Positions 46,556-56,138 of a DNA stretch of 64,000 nucleotides are shown here, piece after piece. Source of the DNA: a virus (Duplodnaviria; Heunggongvirae; Uroviricota; Caudoviricetes); the IMG/VR virus record IMGVR_UViG_3300005512_005684, positions 167,003-231,002 of that record. One strand, 5' to 3'. A program made the position numbers and the translations under genes. Each line of letters starts with the position of its first letter. Position 1 is the first letter of the stretch. Below the pieces are notes generated by a model. That model was not told where the DNA came from, did no database searches, and saw only the letters and a list, made by a program, of their open reading frames with translations.

Positions 46556-46830
46556 ACAGAGAAGTAATCGAGCTTTGCTTCGAGCCGGACACCCCTCGAA
46601 TCGAGGTGTCGAGAGAGGTGGCTCAGATGATCACTCAGCTTCGTGACGACCTGGACATTACTGACCATGACCTGGCGGAGCGTGCGGGTGTTGCGTATGG
46701 TCTCGTGTGGAACTGGTCGCATCCGAAGGGTAGTCGTGGATTGTCGGTTCATACCTTGCTCCATATCGCACGAGCTTTTGACAAGCGTCTCGTGATTCGT
46801 TTCGAGGACATCGAACAGAAAGGTCAATGA
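46552..46830 (+). CDS. XRE-like HTH protein
   Basis: DLAERAGV..SVHTLLHIARAFDKRLVIRF. Confidence 0.7.
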   Translation: MNREVIELCFEPDTPRIEVSREVAQMITQLRDDLDITDHDLAERAGVAYGLVWNWSHPKGSRGLSVHTLLHIARAFDKRLVIRFEDIEQKGQ

Positions 46831-48941
46831 TGGGACGCCGAATCAAGTACCTGGACAAGGACTTTCGCGCCGATGCTCTGGCCATTATTGAGCAAGCGAA
46901 TACGATCATTGACGACTATCGGTCACAGGGCTTCGACTTGACTTTGAGACAGTTGTATTATCAGTTTGTCGCCCGTGGTCTCATGGAGAACGAAGACCGG
47001 AACTACAAGCGCCTTGGGAAGATTATATCGGACGGGCGCATTGCGGGACTGGTGGACTGGGACGCTATACAGGATCGAACCCGCAACCTTCGGGCGAATG
47101 AGAGTTGGGCTTCCCCTGCGGACATCATGCGGGATACTGCCGGATGGTATCACCGGGACATGTGGGCGAATCAGAGCGTGCGTGTTGAGTGTTTTCCTTC
47201 CGATACTTTGGTGAGACTTCGGGATAGGATGGAATTGATAGAGAGTGTCAGGGTCGGAGACGAAGTTCTTTCGGATGATGGTAGTTTTAGGAAGGTCACG
47301 AAGACGTTTGTTCGTGATTACGTTGGCAGGTTAATCGAGATTGACGCGGTTGGTTTACTTTCGTTTGCGTGTACGCCAGAACACCCTATCTTGATACGAC
47401 CGTATGACGATTCCAGACCTGGTTACAAAGGCGCTCGTCGCAAGTACGGCAAGAGATGTTTTGCTCATACCGATGTTCTAAAGAAGTATGATTTTCTGTG
47501 TGTGCCGAGGATACGTTCTGTGAGAGACGTGTCGTGTGTCACGATGCCCGGAGGAACAGTCAGAGCCAAAGCCTATTCGGCAATACTGGACGAGGACATG
47601 TGTGCCTTGATCGGAACGTATCTGGCAGAGGGGAGAGTGAGAGAGGATGGACGTACCTTACAGTTTACGTTGAATGCAAACGAGACCGAGGCACGAAAGA
47701 GAATACAAAAGTGGGCGGAGCGCGTTGGATTGAGACATCATTGTGTGGTGAGTGGAAGTGTGGCTCAGGTCTATGTTTATAGCAAAAGCGTAGCGGATTG
47801 GTTTGAGCAAAACTTTGGTAATGGTGCGTACGAGAAGCGAATTCCTGAGTGGATGATTTTCCTACCTATTCCAAAGCAGATGGCTTTGTTGAAGACGTAC
47901 TTTGAGGGAGACGGTTCGTTGTGGGACGAAACACGGTCGTCAATACGAGCAAGTACTCGTAGTTATCAACTTGCCTCTGTGATTCAGTTAATCTTTGCTA
48001 GGGTTGGTCTGGGTGCGTGTCTCAATACTCAGATGGATTCTGGGGATATGAGGTACGAGATCGGAGTGAATGGTGCGTTTGCTGAGACATTGGCTAGAGA
48101 GTGGGGTATCGAGTTACCCAAGATGTCCAGTAGATATAATTGGATCCGTGTGGATAGTGAGTTTGTGTACTATCCTGTGAGAGAGATAGGAAATCGTTTT
48201 TACCGCGGTCCAGTGCATAATCTTGAAGTGGAAAAACGACATACCTATTGTCTTCCATGCGTTGTACATAATTGTTGGATCGAGAAAGACGCGCTAATCG
48301 GTGTGATTATGCCTGTGTGTCGTGAGTTGGACGTGCCGCACTTTTCGTGTCGTGGGTACGTGAGTCAATCTGAAATGTGGATCGCAGGCCGGCGCGCCGT
48401 CCAGCGTTGGGCGAAGGAACGTAAGCGTACGATCATCCTTCACCTGGGAGATCATGACCCCTCCGGTGTCCAGATGACAGAGGACATGGAGAAACGACTG
48501 GACATGTTCTCGACTCCGACCGAGCGTGACGGTTTCAATCCAGAGGACATAATCGAAGTCAAGCGCATTGCGTTGACGATGGAGCAAGTCAATCAGTACA
48601 ACCCTCCGCCTAATTCGGCCAAGCTCACGGACACGAGGTCGAAGGCATACGTGGCTCGGTACGGTAATAGTTCCTGGGAACTTGACGCGTTAGAACCAAC
48701 TGTACTCGATGCTCTGATTCGCACTCACGTTGAGTCATACCGAGACCTGAGTCAGTGGACTGAGGACTTGGAGAAGATCGAGCGTGAGCGAAAAGTGTTG
48801 ACAACGATCTCTCAGAATTGGGTTGAGGTCGATGAATTCGTCAACGAGAACTTTGAGCCGGAGCCAGAGCTACCGGAGCCGGTCGAGGATGACGACGAAG
48901 ACCTGGAAGACGAAGACCTGGGAGAGGGAAATGAGGATTGA
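46827..48941 (+). CDS. Toprim-domain (TopoVI-A/Spo11-like) protein containing an intein
   Basis: TLRQLYYQ..RVE|CWIEKDAL..RGY..LHLGDHDPSG..RIALT..WELDAL. Confidence 0.8.
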   Translation: MMGRRIKYLDKDFRADALAIIEQANTIIDDYRSQGFDLTLRQLYYQFVARGLMENEDRNYKRLGKIISDGRIAGLVDWDAIQDRTRNLRANESWASPADIMRDTAGWYHRDMWANQSVRVECFPSDTLVRLRDRMELIESVRVGDEVLSDDGSFRKVTKTFVRDYVGRLIEIDAVGLLSFACTPEHPILIRPYDDSRPGYKGARRKYGKRCFAHTDVLKKYDFLCVPRIRSVRDVSCVTMPGGTVRAKAYSAILDEDMCALIGTYLAEGRVREDGRTLQFTLNANETEARKRIQKWAERVGLRHHCVVSGSVAQVYVYSKSVADWFEQNFGNGAYEKRIPEWMIFLPIPKQMALLKTYFEGDGSLWDETRSSIRASTRSYQLASVIQLIFARVGLGACLNTQMDSGDMRYEIGVNGAFAETLAREWGIELPKMSSRYNWIRVDSEFVYYPVREIGNRFYRGPVHNLEVEKRHTYCLPCVVHNCWIEKDALIGVIMPVCRELDVPHFSCRGYVSQSEMWIAGRRAVQRWAKERKRTIILHLGDHDPSGVQMTEDMEKRLDMFSTPTERDGFNPEDIIEVKRIALTMEQVNQYNPPPNSAKLTDTRSKAYVARYGNSSWELDALEPTVLDALIRTHVESYRDLSQWTEDLEKIERERKVLTTISQNWVEVDEFVNENFEPEPELPEPVEDDDEDLEDEDLGEGNED
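47190..48272 (+). mobile_element. intein with LAGLIDADG homing endonuclease (361 aa)
   Basis: Starts CFPSDTLV; block B HPIL; LAGLIDADG-like LIGTYLAEG and YFEGDGS; ends VHNLEV..VVHN followed by Cys(+1). Confidence 0.92.
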
Positions 48942-49275
48942 AGTTGTCGGAATGACGGTAGCTCAGTATAGAGCAGCCATGTGTATGCCGATGTCGTTAG
49001 GTGAGTGGGGGCACCTTCACCATAATTGTCGTGCCGCAATGGAGCGCCACGGATATGTTGAACGACAAACCGGCGACATGATCGCTCTTACGGACGTTGG
49101 CTTAGAGGCTATGAAGACCAACATCCAGTATAAGATTGTCAAGGATGATACAGACCGAAAGATAGGGTCGACACCTATGTCTAAAGCGAGGTGGCTGGAT
49201 ATTGTGTTTCGAGGACTGGCAAAGAAAGCCGCAAGTGAAGGGGCTAAGCCTCTCCCGATGTCATTTCATGAATGA
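48931..49275 (+). CDS. hypothetical protein
   Basis: GAGGG RBS before ATG 48931. Confidence 0.55.
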   Translation: MRIEVVGMTVAQYRAAMCMPMSLGEWGHLHHNCRAAMERHGYVERQTGDMIALTDVGLEAMKTNIQYKIVKDDTDRKIGSTPMSKARWLDIVFRGLAKKAASEGAKPLPMSFHE

Positions 49276-49300
49276 GGTGTTCAACGAGAAAGGATCAATA

Positions 49301-49657
49301 ATGGAGTTCACACTCTACTGGCAATTTGGGAAGTGTGAGGTCGTGACAGGTGATAGTATTCACGATGCCATGACACATGCCGGTTACGGTGGGGGTGCAG
49401 TGAACGCTTTGGACTTTTGGAGTCATGGTGACGTACCCACACATGCCTGGGACTCGACGAAAAAGTCCTGGGTCAAAACCACTGCCAACAGGGTCGTGCT
49501 CACAAACGGGGAACTGGAAGCCTTGGTAAGTCTGGTGGACAAGGCTATGAATTGCGGGGAGATCACCGGTGGTTTTGCCGGGGAGACTTTGGAGAGTCTT
49601 CGACAGGCTCAAGGGAAACTGGAACACATGTTCGATCAAATTGAAGTGGAGGTGTAG
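49301..49657 (+). CDS. hypothetical protein
   Basis: AAGGA RBS. Confidence 0.6.
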   Translation: MEFTLYWQFGKCEVVTGDSIHDAMTHAGYGGGAVNALDFWSHGDVPTHAWDSTKKSWVKTTANRVVLTNGELEALVSLVDKAMNCGEITGGFAGETLESLRQAQGKLEHMFDQIEVEV

Positions 49658-49660
49658 CCG

Positions 49661-50143
49661 ATGATCGTCAGCTTGGAAGATGACTTTCTTTTGATCACAC
49701 CGGACGGGGATCGCGACATGCAACTCCTTACCAGCATGGTCGGGGTCCGGTTCATGCCCGGAATGAAGGTCGAGGACGTGGGGCCTCTCGGTGACTATCG
49801 GGACGTGCACGTGATCGATAAGGGCACCATTGCCGTCGAACTTCGACGCAAGGATGACGGTGACAGTGTGGCTGAGGACGGCCACAAGAAACTTCGTCCA
49901 GTCCAGGTCGCAGAGCTTACGCGCCTAATCGAGCGGGCCATTCGGCGAAATCCGGATACACCACGCGTGGGTGTGGACGAAATGGAAGGGTGGGAATGTG
50001 AACTGAGAGAGTCGGTGAAGCAGTCGCGGATTCTCCCTCCGTACGAGGAACTCGACCGGGAGTTGGTAGAGACGTTGATCGAGTACTTCGGCGACAATGA
50101 AGGGGCACACAGAACCATTCGTGGTTCGATGGGAAACCTATGA
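49661..50143 (+). CDS. hypothetical protein
   Basis: GGAGG RBS. Confidence 0.65.
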   Translation: MIVSLEDDFLLITPDGDRDMQLLTSMVGVRFMPGMKVEDVGPLGDYRDVHVIDKGTIAVELRRKDDGDSVAEDGHKKLRPVQVAELTRLIERAIRRNPDTPRVGVDEMEGWECELRESVKQSRILPPYEELDRELVETLIEYFGDNEGAHRTIRGSMGNL

Positions 50144-50397
50144 CAGACCCGAACCGGATTAAGAAAGCGTGGAAACGGGGGTACTCCTCTGGGCGCTATT
50201 GGCGTCTGTACCACACGAAGCTCTGGCCGGAGTACTCGAAGATGTCACCGTATTCGACTTTCTGGCCTGGGGTCCAGTGTCACGTGGCGTGGAAGGTTGG
50301 TTTCCGCATGGCGTTCAACGTTTCGGTTGAAAACTTGAACTTGAGCTACCTTGGTGTTGGGAGGGAGAGATATGAACGCGTCGGTTGTTCACCTTAA
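50140..50397 (+). CDS. hypothetical protein
   Basis: ATGA coupling. Confidence 0.5.
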   Translation: MTDPNRIKKAWKRGYSSGRYWRLYHTKLWPEYSKMSPYSTFWPGVQCHVAWKVGFRMAFNVSVENLNLSYLGVGRERYERVGCSP

Positions 50398-50797
50398 TCA
50401 ACCTCGGTCAGAGACGTGGAGGAAGTCCCTGTATAAGCAGGCCGCGGCCGATACGGGATTCTCCGTGAACTTTGGCAAGGCTTTCGGGAAGGGAAGCGAC
50501 ACGTCTGACACACTCGACCAGACGTACTTTGGTGTGTCGATTACGAGACCACCGAGTGAAGAGTGTCATAGTCCGTTTTGGAGACGGATGGAAGAACTGG
50601 AGAGAAAATACGCCTCTCGTCTGAAAGAAAACCCTCACGCGGAGAGACCATGCCCGGAGTGCCAGGCCGATCATGCTCCGGTGTCGTTCTGCGAGAAATG
50701 CCACTCGTGTCTCTACAAGAACTCGGAACAGATACCAGACGAACAATTTCCGTTGCACAAGTGCACGAAGTGCGGTCACGTCAACTTTTGGGACTAG
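50372..50797 (+). CDS. Zn-finger hypothetical protein
   Basis: CPEC..CEKC..CTKCGH. Confidence 0.6.
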   Translation: MNASVVHLNQPRSETWRKSLYKQAAADTGFSVNFGKAFGKGSDTSDTLDQTYFGVSITRPPSEECHSPFWRRMEELERKYASRLKENPHAERPCPECQADHAPVSFCEKCHSCLYKNSEQIPDEQFPLHKCTKCGHVNFWD

Positions 50798-50803
50798 GAG
50801 CGA

Positions 50804-50986
50804 ATGATGGCTAGAGGTGGAGGGAAGACTTTCGAGGTTTGCCCGAAGTGCGGGAAGAAAGGTCTGTATGAAGTGCGAGCCTATCCGTACGATGGATCGA
50901 AGGAATGTCGGTACTGCTACCACAAGGTGCCAGGGAAGCCGCGTGGATTTGATCGACAAGCCTGTGTGTCAGTCAAACCGGAGTAG
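50804..50986 (+). CDS. small Zn-ribbon protein
   Basis: CPKCG..CRYC. Confidence 0.55.
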   Translation: MMARGGGKTFEVCPKCGKKGLYEVRAYPYDGSKECRYCYHKVPGKPRGFDRQACVSVKPE

Positions 50987-50991
50987 ATGTA

Positions 50992-51408
50992 ATGAGCAAG
51001 AGGGTGAGATTTCAGTGTGAGTTTATTATAACGGCTTTACTGAGAGAGTCGGATGTTGTACCGAAAGCCGTGGTGAACCACATGAAAGATGTAGCGCGAC
51101 AACTTGATCGAAAGTATGTCGAAACTTCTGTCTGTCTTGAGGAACTAACCGAGGGTCGTGTTGTTGCCTTTCACCTTCATGTGTCAGGTAGGTCAACTAG
51201 GACAGAAAGACACACGTATCCAAGAGTTTCTATTATGGATGACTTCCGCTATTGGTTGCTGCTAGAAATTGGTCTTTTGGGTACTGACAAATGTAGTAGT
51301 GATTCACCATCTATCGACGGTGTGCATTACGTTATGGTGGAGAGCTACGAAGGTGTCGAGGAAGACAGCTTGAGACTGCACAAATTGTTCTATCCTGCTC
51401 TTGGATAA
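50992..51408 (+). CDS. hypothetical protein
   Basis: 138-aa ORF. Confidence 0.55.
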   Translation: MSKRVRFQCEFIITALLRESDVVPKAVVNHMKDVARQLDRKYVETSVCLEELTEGRVVAFHLHVSGRSTRTERHTYPRVSIMDDFRYWLLLEIGLLGTDKCSSDSPSIDGVHYVMVESYEGVEEDSLRLHKLFYPALG

Positions 51409-51436
51409 GGGAGGGGCTTAATCATGTCAGGAATGT

Positions 51437-51748
51437 ATGGCTTGCTTGTTTCGGCAGCGGAAAACGCGAAGAGTCCGACACACCTTTTACCTGAGCGGCG
51501 ACCTTAGTCAGATGTCTGCTCAGGGACGCTTCCTGAGAGGTCGTGGCTTCAGTGTCGAGCAGAACAACGTGTACCCGTGTGTGACGCCGGAGGACAAGCA
51601 AGCGGCGCTCCAGGCAATCTGGGACGCACGGTGCGACGGGTGGTGGCACTACCAGCGGGAGTACGTCGAGTTGGGTATCTGCACCGCGGAAGAGTTCAAG
51701 GAAGCTCTGGATATTCGGTGTGCACGCTCCAGGTCAGGGAGGGAGTAA
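51437..51748 (+). CDS. hypothetical protein
   Basis: 103-aa ORF. Confidence 0.55.
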   Translation: MACLFRQRKTRRVRHTFYLSGDLSQMSAQGRFLRGRGFSVEQNNVYPCVTPEDKQAALQAIWDARCDGWWHYQREYVELGICTAEEFKEALDIRCARSRSGRE

Positions 51749-51999
51749 TGGACAGATACGCCGCCAGTGTTATCGTTCGTGGCCCTGCTCCGGTTCATGT
51801 TGGCTGGAGACACACGTGCGTGGTCTTTGAGGCGTTCAATGAAGACGAGGCCATTGGTAAGGCTATGCGGTTTGCCTTACGGGTCTATCCTATCTCACGA
51901 GGTTTCAGGCAACACGATGTGTCGGTGTGTAGTGTCGAGAACGTTGTCGATGTGGACACTGCTAGTCCGAATGGAATAATACCTGTCGGTCGATTTTAG
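51748..51999 (+). CDS. hypothetical protein
   Basis: TAATG coupling. Confidence 0.55.
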   Translation: MDRYAASVIVRGPAPVHVGWRHTCVVFEAFNEDEAIGKAMRFALRVYPISRGFRQHDVSVCSVENVVDVDTASPNGIIPVGRF

Positions 52000-52011
52000 G
52001 AGGATAATTCG

Positions 52012-52455
52012 ATGTTTGAACTTGCATGTGTTTTCACAGGTGTGGTCGTGGTTGGTCTGGGACTCGTGATTCATGGAGCGTTTTGGTCGAAGAATGGTGG
52101 TGAAACGTTTTTTGGGTTGAACCTGGTTGTCGTTGGTTTGTTTGTCGCAGTTGGTCTCTTCAACACTCCCGGCGCGAAGCTCACCATGCAACGGATCGGA
52201 GCCGCTGGCACGGGACATAACTGGCTTGTGGTGGACAACAGCGGAGGACAAACCATGCGACACTGGGTCCTTATTGAACGCTACGTCACGGCTGCGGAGC
52301 AGAGCGACGGTTGGCAGTTTACGGATGAACATGGTAACGTGTGCTACGTCGGAGGTGACGCCTTCGTACAGCAGATCAAGCAACCGATGGATGAATGGCA
52401 CGAAGGTTACAGGGAGCGTTACAGCATTCCCGCCGATCAGACTGCCCTTCAATAG
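52012..52455 (+). CDS. membrane protein
   Basis: Two N-terminal TM segments; AGGAGG RBS. Confidence 0.65.
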   Translation: MFELACVFTGVVVVGLGLVIHGAFWSKNGGETFFGLNLVVVGLFVAVGLFNTPGAKLTMQRIGAAGTGHNWLVVDNSGGQTMRHWVLIERYVTAAEQSDGWQFTDEHGNVCYVGGDAFVQQIKQPMDEWHEGYRERYSIPADQTALQ

Positions 52456-52464
52456 GAGCACCGA

Positions 52465-53157
52465 ATGAGCCGACCGACTTTGCTGGAAATCTTTCCGACG
52501 ATCCGCGGTGACACTCAGTCCGTCAAGGAAAGCCATTTTCTCCAGGTGTATGAAGAAATCTTTAGCCAGTTCCGTGACGACACTTTCACCTTGGTCGAAT
52601 TCGGGGTCCAGGCCGGTGGATCGGCCAAGCTCTGGATCGAGTACTTTCCCAACGTGGGGGTAGTCGGGGTGGACATTAACGTGAATCAATGCACATTCGA
52701 GCACGAACGTTTCCAGTTAGTCCAGGGAGATCAGTCGGATGTCGGGTTTCTTCGAGACTTGGGAAAGAGTCTCAGGAACGTGAAAGTGGTGATCGATGAT
52801 GCAAGTCATATCTCGGCTCACCAGATCGCGTGTCTCCAAACGTTTTTCCAGTTGGTCGAGACAGGTGGCTTTTACATTGTCGAAGATTTGCAGATGTCCT
52901 ACCGCGACGATGGTGAGTTCTGGGGCGGGGGTCGAGCGCACTGGGGAACGTGTGTCGAGTTTACCAAGTGGTTGATCGATGTGATCCACCTCCGTCATGT
53001 TGAAGGGAAGGGACAGTATTTGTCCAAGCGCGAGAGACTTTTCGAGGGACTCACCGGTATGCGAGTGTATCCTGGTTTGACGATCCTGGAGAAAGGGAAT
53101 CCAGAGGAACACATGCTGACAGGTGGTTTCTTGTCATGGAAGCAACCGTTACCTTAG
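52465..53157 (+). CDS. class I SAM-dependent (sugar-type) O-methyltransferase, paralog A
   Basis: LVEFGVQAGGS..GVDI..GDQSD..VIDDASH..YIVEDL..SY. Confidence 0.8.
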   Translation: MSRPTLLEIFPTIRGDTQSVKESHFLQVYEEIFSQFRDDTFTLVEFGVQAGGSAKLWIEYFPNVGVVGVDINVNQCTFEHERFQLVQGDQSDVGFLRDLGKSLRNVKVVIDDASHISAHQIACLQTFFQLVETGGFYIVEDLQMSYRDDGEFWGGGRAHWGTCVEFTKWLIDVIHLRHVEGKGQYLSKRERLFEGLTGMRVYPGLTILEKGNPEEHMLTGGFLSWKQPLP

Positions 53158-53169
53158 TGAGGACCCAAA

Positions 53170-53865
53170 ATGAGCAGACCGACTTTGAGAGACATCTACC
53201 CAACGATCCGCGGAAAGAGAGGCGATCATAACTTCAAGGCGGGCAAGGTACTCTACTACCTTGATGTGTATGATCGGTTGTTCGCACCATTTCGAGATCA
53301 GGAGTTCAACCTACTGGAGATCGGCGTACTTTTTGGCGGGTCTATCCAATTGTGGCTGGAGTACTTTCCGAAGGCAAGGATTTTCGGAGTTGATGTCAAG
53401 AACAACTGCTTGGTTAGTCATGAGCGATTCGAGTTCGTTCAGGGTGATCAGTCTGAAATGGCTTTTCTTCAAGAGTTGGGGGAACGAGCGGGGCCTTTCC
53501 AGGTGGTGATTGATGACGGTGGTCACCAGTACAAACAACAGATCGGTTCATTGATCCACCTCTTCCCTTTTGTGACGGAGCCCGGTATCTATGTCGTGGA
53601 AGACCTGATTACTTCCTACTGGGACACGGGACCTTTCTTCGGTGGTGTGGGAGAGGGGTGGACGACCGTGGAGTTCCTGAAGTCTCTCGTTGATCACGTG
53701 AATTGTGATAAGAGGAACCGAAGGGCGAAGACGTTTTCAAAGTTGGTCTCCATGCAGTTCTATCCGTGTATGGCAGTTTTGTTCAAGGATGATCCTGATA
53801 AGTTCAAGATCGAGTCGGTCAATTCAGACCGGTTGCCGTTGCCAACGCGAGCGCCCCATGAGTAA
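53170..53865 (+). CDS. class I SAM-dependent (sugar-type) O-methyltransferase, paralog B
   Basis: LLEIGVLFGGS..GVDV..GDQSE..VIDDGGH..YVVEDL..SY; both paralogs begin MSRPTL. Confidence 0.8.
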   Translation: MSRPTLRDIYPTIRGKRGDHNFKAGKVLYYLDVYDRLFAPFRDQEFNLLEIGVLFGGSIQLWLEYFPKARIFGVDVKNNCLVSHERFEFVQGDQSEMAFLQELGERAGPFQVVIDDGGHQYKQQIGSLIHLFPFVTEPGIYVVEDLITSYWDTGPFFGGVGEGWTTVEFLKSLVDHVNCDKRNRRAKTFSKLVSMQFYPCMAVLFKDDPDKFKIESVNSDRLPLPTRAPHE

Positions 53866-54043
53866 GTTTCCGACCGGAGATCAAGGTCAACGTTACGAGA
53901 TTCGGGCGATTCAGTCTGGGGAGGAAGTTGTGATCGGATGGTGTGAACGGAGGCCGGAAAAGTTGGTCGAGGCTGCGAAGGCTCACCCGGCGTGTTCGGA
54001 TGCTTGGCATGTTGACAGGAAACCAAAGGGGAAGAAAACATGA
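53858..54043 (+). CDS. small hypothetical protein
   Basis: Overlaps the upstream stop. Confidence 0.55.
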   Translation: MSKFPTGDQGQRYEIRAIQSGEEVVIGWCERRPEKLVEAAKAHPACSDAWHVDRKPKGKKT

Positions 54044-54162
54044 ACACATACCTGTATGATGCAATCGACTCGACAGGTGAAGAGATCAAGGGTGAGATCA
54101 AAGCCGAGAGTGTGTTGTATTTGGTTGGTCGTTGTATTTCTCTCAAGCCTATCTACGCATAG
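54040..54162 (+). CDS. 40-aa peptide resembling the PilC/GspF N-terminal cytoplasmic motif
   Basis: MNTYLYDAIDSTGEEIKGEIKAESVLYLVGRCISLKPIYA; ATGA overlap with upstream stop. Confidence 0.55.
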   Translation: MNTYLYDAIDSTGEEIKGEIKAESVLYLVGRCISLKPIYA

Positions 54163-54285
54163 TTCCCTGGAGGTGGACTCCGGTTTCGAGCGCACGCGGA
54201 AACCAATGGTGGACTTAGGGCGTGCAACCTCGGCCAGCCTTTCCAGTCGGTTCTTTTGGCATGTTCATTACGGAGGACGTGACAG

Positions 54286-54843
54286 GTGAAATTCCCAAAG
54301 ACATTCAATGAGCTTCCAGCGGAGTCTGCCAGCGTTGCGGCTGAACTGGGTGCAGCGGTGGGGAGGATCATGGGTGTGCTTGAGCAAATGGGTGTCGAGC
54401 ACAATTCGGTGGAAGTGGTGATCTGTGAAGAACAGGTCATGGTGCACCGAGACCGTGATACCGAGTCTCAGAGACGGGTACCAGGCTTCCAGTGCGATGT
54501 GGTGTGGATGGTGCCGTTGAACGACCGAGCGGAATACGGCTTCAACGAGTACTCCGGTGGCTACGGTTGTGCGACCCTATACTTTGCCGCGTCATGGACG
54601 GACTGCGAGGACGAGATCACTTCCCCGTACGTCGCCGTCCAGATGAACTCGTATGTGGGGGTGGACGATAACACGAAGCGGGAACGAATATGGTACGCAA
54701 ACGCAGTCCCGGAGTTTGTTCTGACTCCTTGCGTGCTCGCTACAATCGTGCAGGGCTATGAGGAAATGCAGGCTTGGTACTCGGTCTTGGATCGTGCGTT
54801 GGAGGTCCTCGACGGTGTGCCGACAGTGGGGAACGAGCAATGA
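54286..54843 (+). CDS. hypothetical protein
   Basis: GGAGG RBS + GTG. Confidence 0.65.
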   Translation: MKFPKTFNELPAESASVAAELGAAVGRIMGVLEQMGVEHNSVEVVICEEQVMVHRDRDTESQRRVPGFQCDVVWMVPLNDRAEYGFNEYSGGYGCATLYFAASWTDCEDEITSPYVAVQMNSYVGVDDNTKRERIWYANAVPEFVLTPCVLATIVQGYEEMQAWYSVLDRALEVLDGVPTVGNEQ

Positions 54844-55124
54844 GAAACCTGATCGAGTCGGTGACGGTCATGCTCGGAGTACTTGCGTCGTTCGTTGTTT
54901 ACCACCATGTGATTCGTACGGAGTACAAGTTTTGGATGTGGCTTTGGGCAGTCTTGGCGTTGGGGACAATGATGTTTGTGAGTTGGATTCTGACCGATAA
55001 GAAAAAGGGAACGAAGCCGGGTCGTTCGTTTTGTCTCTGGACGGGGATCGTATTTCCGTTGACCTGGCTTGTCATTCTCGGAGCCACTTTGTCAACACTC
55101 AGTAAATCCAAGAATCACTCTTGA
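54840..55124 (+). CDS. membrane protein (3 TM)
   Basis: ATGA coupling; hydrophobic segments. Confidence 0.6.
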   Translation: MRNLIESVTVMLGVLASFVVYHHVIRTEYKFWMWLWAVLALGTMMFVSWILTDKKKGTKPGRSFCLWTGIVFPLTWLVILGATLSTLSKSKNHS

Positions 55125-55217
55125 TATAGGAGGCGCTTAATACAGGACAATTCGTAGGGAACTTTCGTGTTGGTTTTTGCTACGTGTTTTGTGAACCCTC
55201 AGACGGAGGAGGTTGGT

Positions 55218-56078
55218 ATGCCATACCAAGGCAAAGAGCTTCATTGGCTCATTATCGATCCGCAGAACGACTTCTGCCCCGGTGGGGCGCTCGGAGTCCC
55301 CAACGCTGACGGTGACATGGCGCGGCTGGCCGCTGCTATGGAGCGGACGCGCGATGTTACGGATGACATTCACGTGACGATGGACAGTCACGCACAGTAC
55401 GACATCGGCCATCCGATGTTCTGGCGAATGAAGAACGGCAAGCATCCGGTGCCGTTCCAGGACCTGCTCGGTGCGGTTCCCGTCTCCACGATCACGGTCG
55501 AACACCTGGAGTCGGGCGAGGTCTTCCCGACCACTGACCCCAACCCGAAGCACGCCGGAGACCTGGACACGGTGTGGGGGTGGTGTCAACACTACCTGAC
55601 CGCGCTTCGCGACAACCAGCGGTACGAGTGCCAGGTCTGGCCGTATCACTGTATCAAGGGAACGCCGGGGTGGTGCATCCATCCTGCGTTGCTTGAATCG
55701 ATCCTGGCCTGGGAACAACGTCATGTGGGCATGGCCCCGATTATCACGAAGGGAAGTAATCCGATGACGGAGCACTACTCTGCCGTGAAGGCTGATGTTC
55801 CGACAGATGACCCGAGCACGCATCTGAACGAAGAGTTCATTGCTCTGATCGACAAGCCGAACGTACTCGTCCTCGTTGGCGGGATCGCCGGAAGCCATTG
55901 CGTGCGCTTCACCGTCGAGGACGTGGTGAACAACTTCGGCCCGGATCACCTCAAGAACCTCGTGTTGCTGACGGACGCCATGAGTCCGGTGCCGGGGTGC
56001 GAGGGGCTCCAGGAAGAGTTCGTTCGGAAGATGGTGGATGACCACGGTCTCCAGACGGCAGTGACGACGGATTTCTAG
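55218..56078 (+). CDS. pncA: nicotinamidase (isochorismatase/cysteine hydrolase family)
   Basis: IIDPQNDFCPGGAL, DSH, WPYHCIKGT.G, TKGSN, GIAGSHCV (D-K-C triad). Confidence 0.85.
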   Translation: MPYQGKELHWLIIDPQNDFCPGGALGVPNADGDMARLAAAMERTRDVTDDIHVTMDSHAQYDIGHPMFWRMKNGKHPVPFQDLLGAVPVSTITVEHLESGEVFPTTDPNPKHAGDLDTVWGWCQHYLTALRDNQRYECQVWPYHCIKGTPGWCIHPALLESILAWEQRHVGMAPIITKGSNPMTEHYSAVKADVPTDDPSTHLNEEFIALIDKPNVLVLVGGIAGSHCVRFTVEDVVNNFGPDHLKNLVLLTDAMSPVPGCEGLQEEFVRKMVDDHGLQTAVTTDF

Positions 56079-56138
56079 TTTGTCACGACTACGCGTACTT
56101 TTCACACGTTTCTACAAGTTCAAGACAGGAGAAATGTC

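Noticed and set aside
54056-54289. 77-aa ORF from the track
   Set aside because: Overlaps the better-supported coupled 40-aa ORF at 54040 and has no recognisable features
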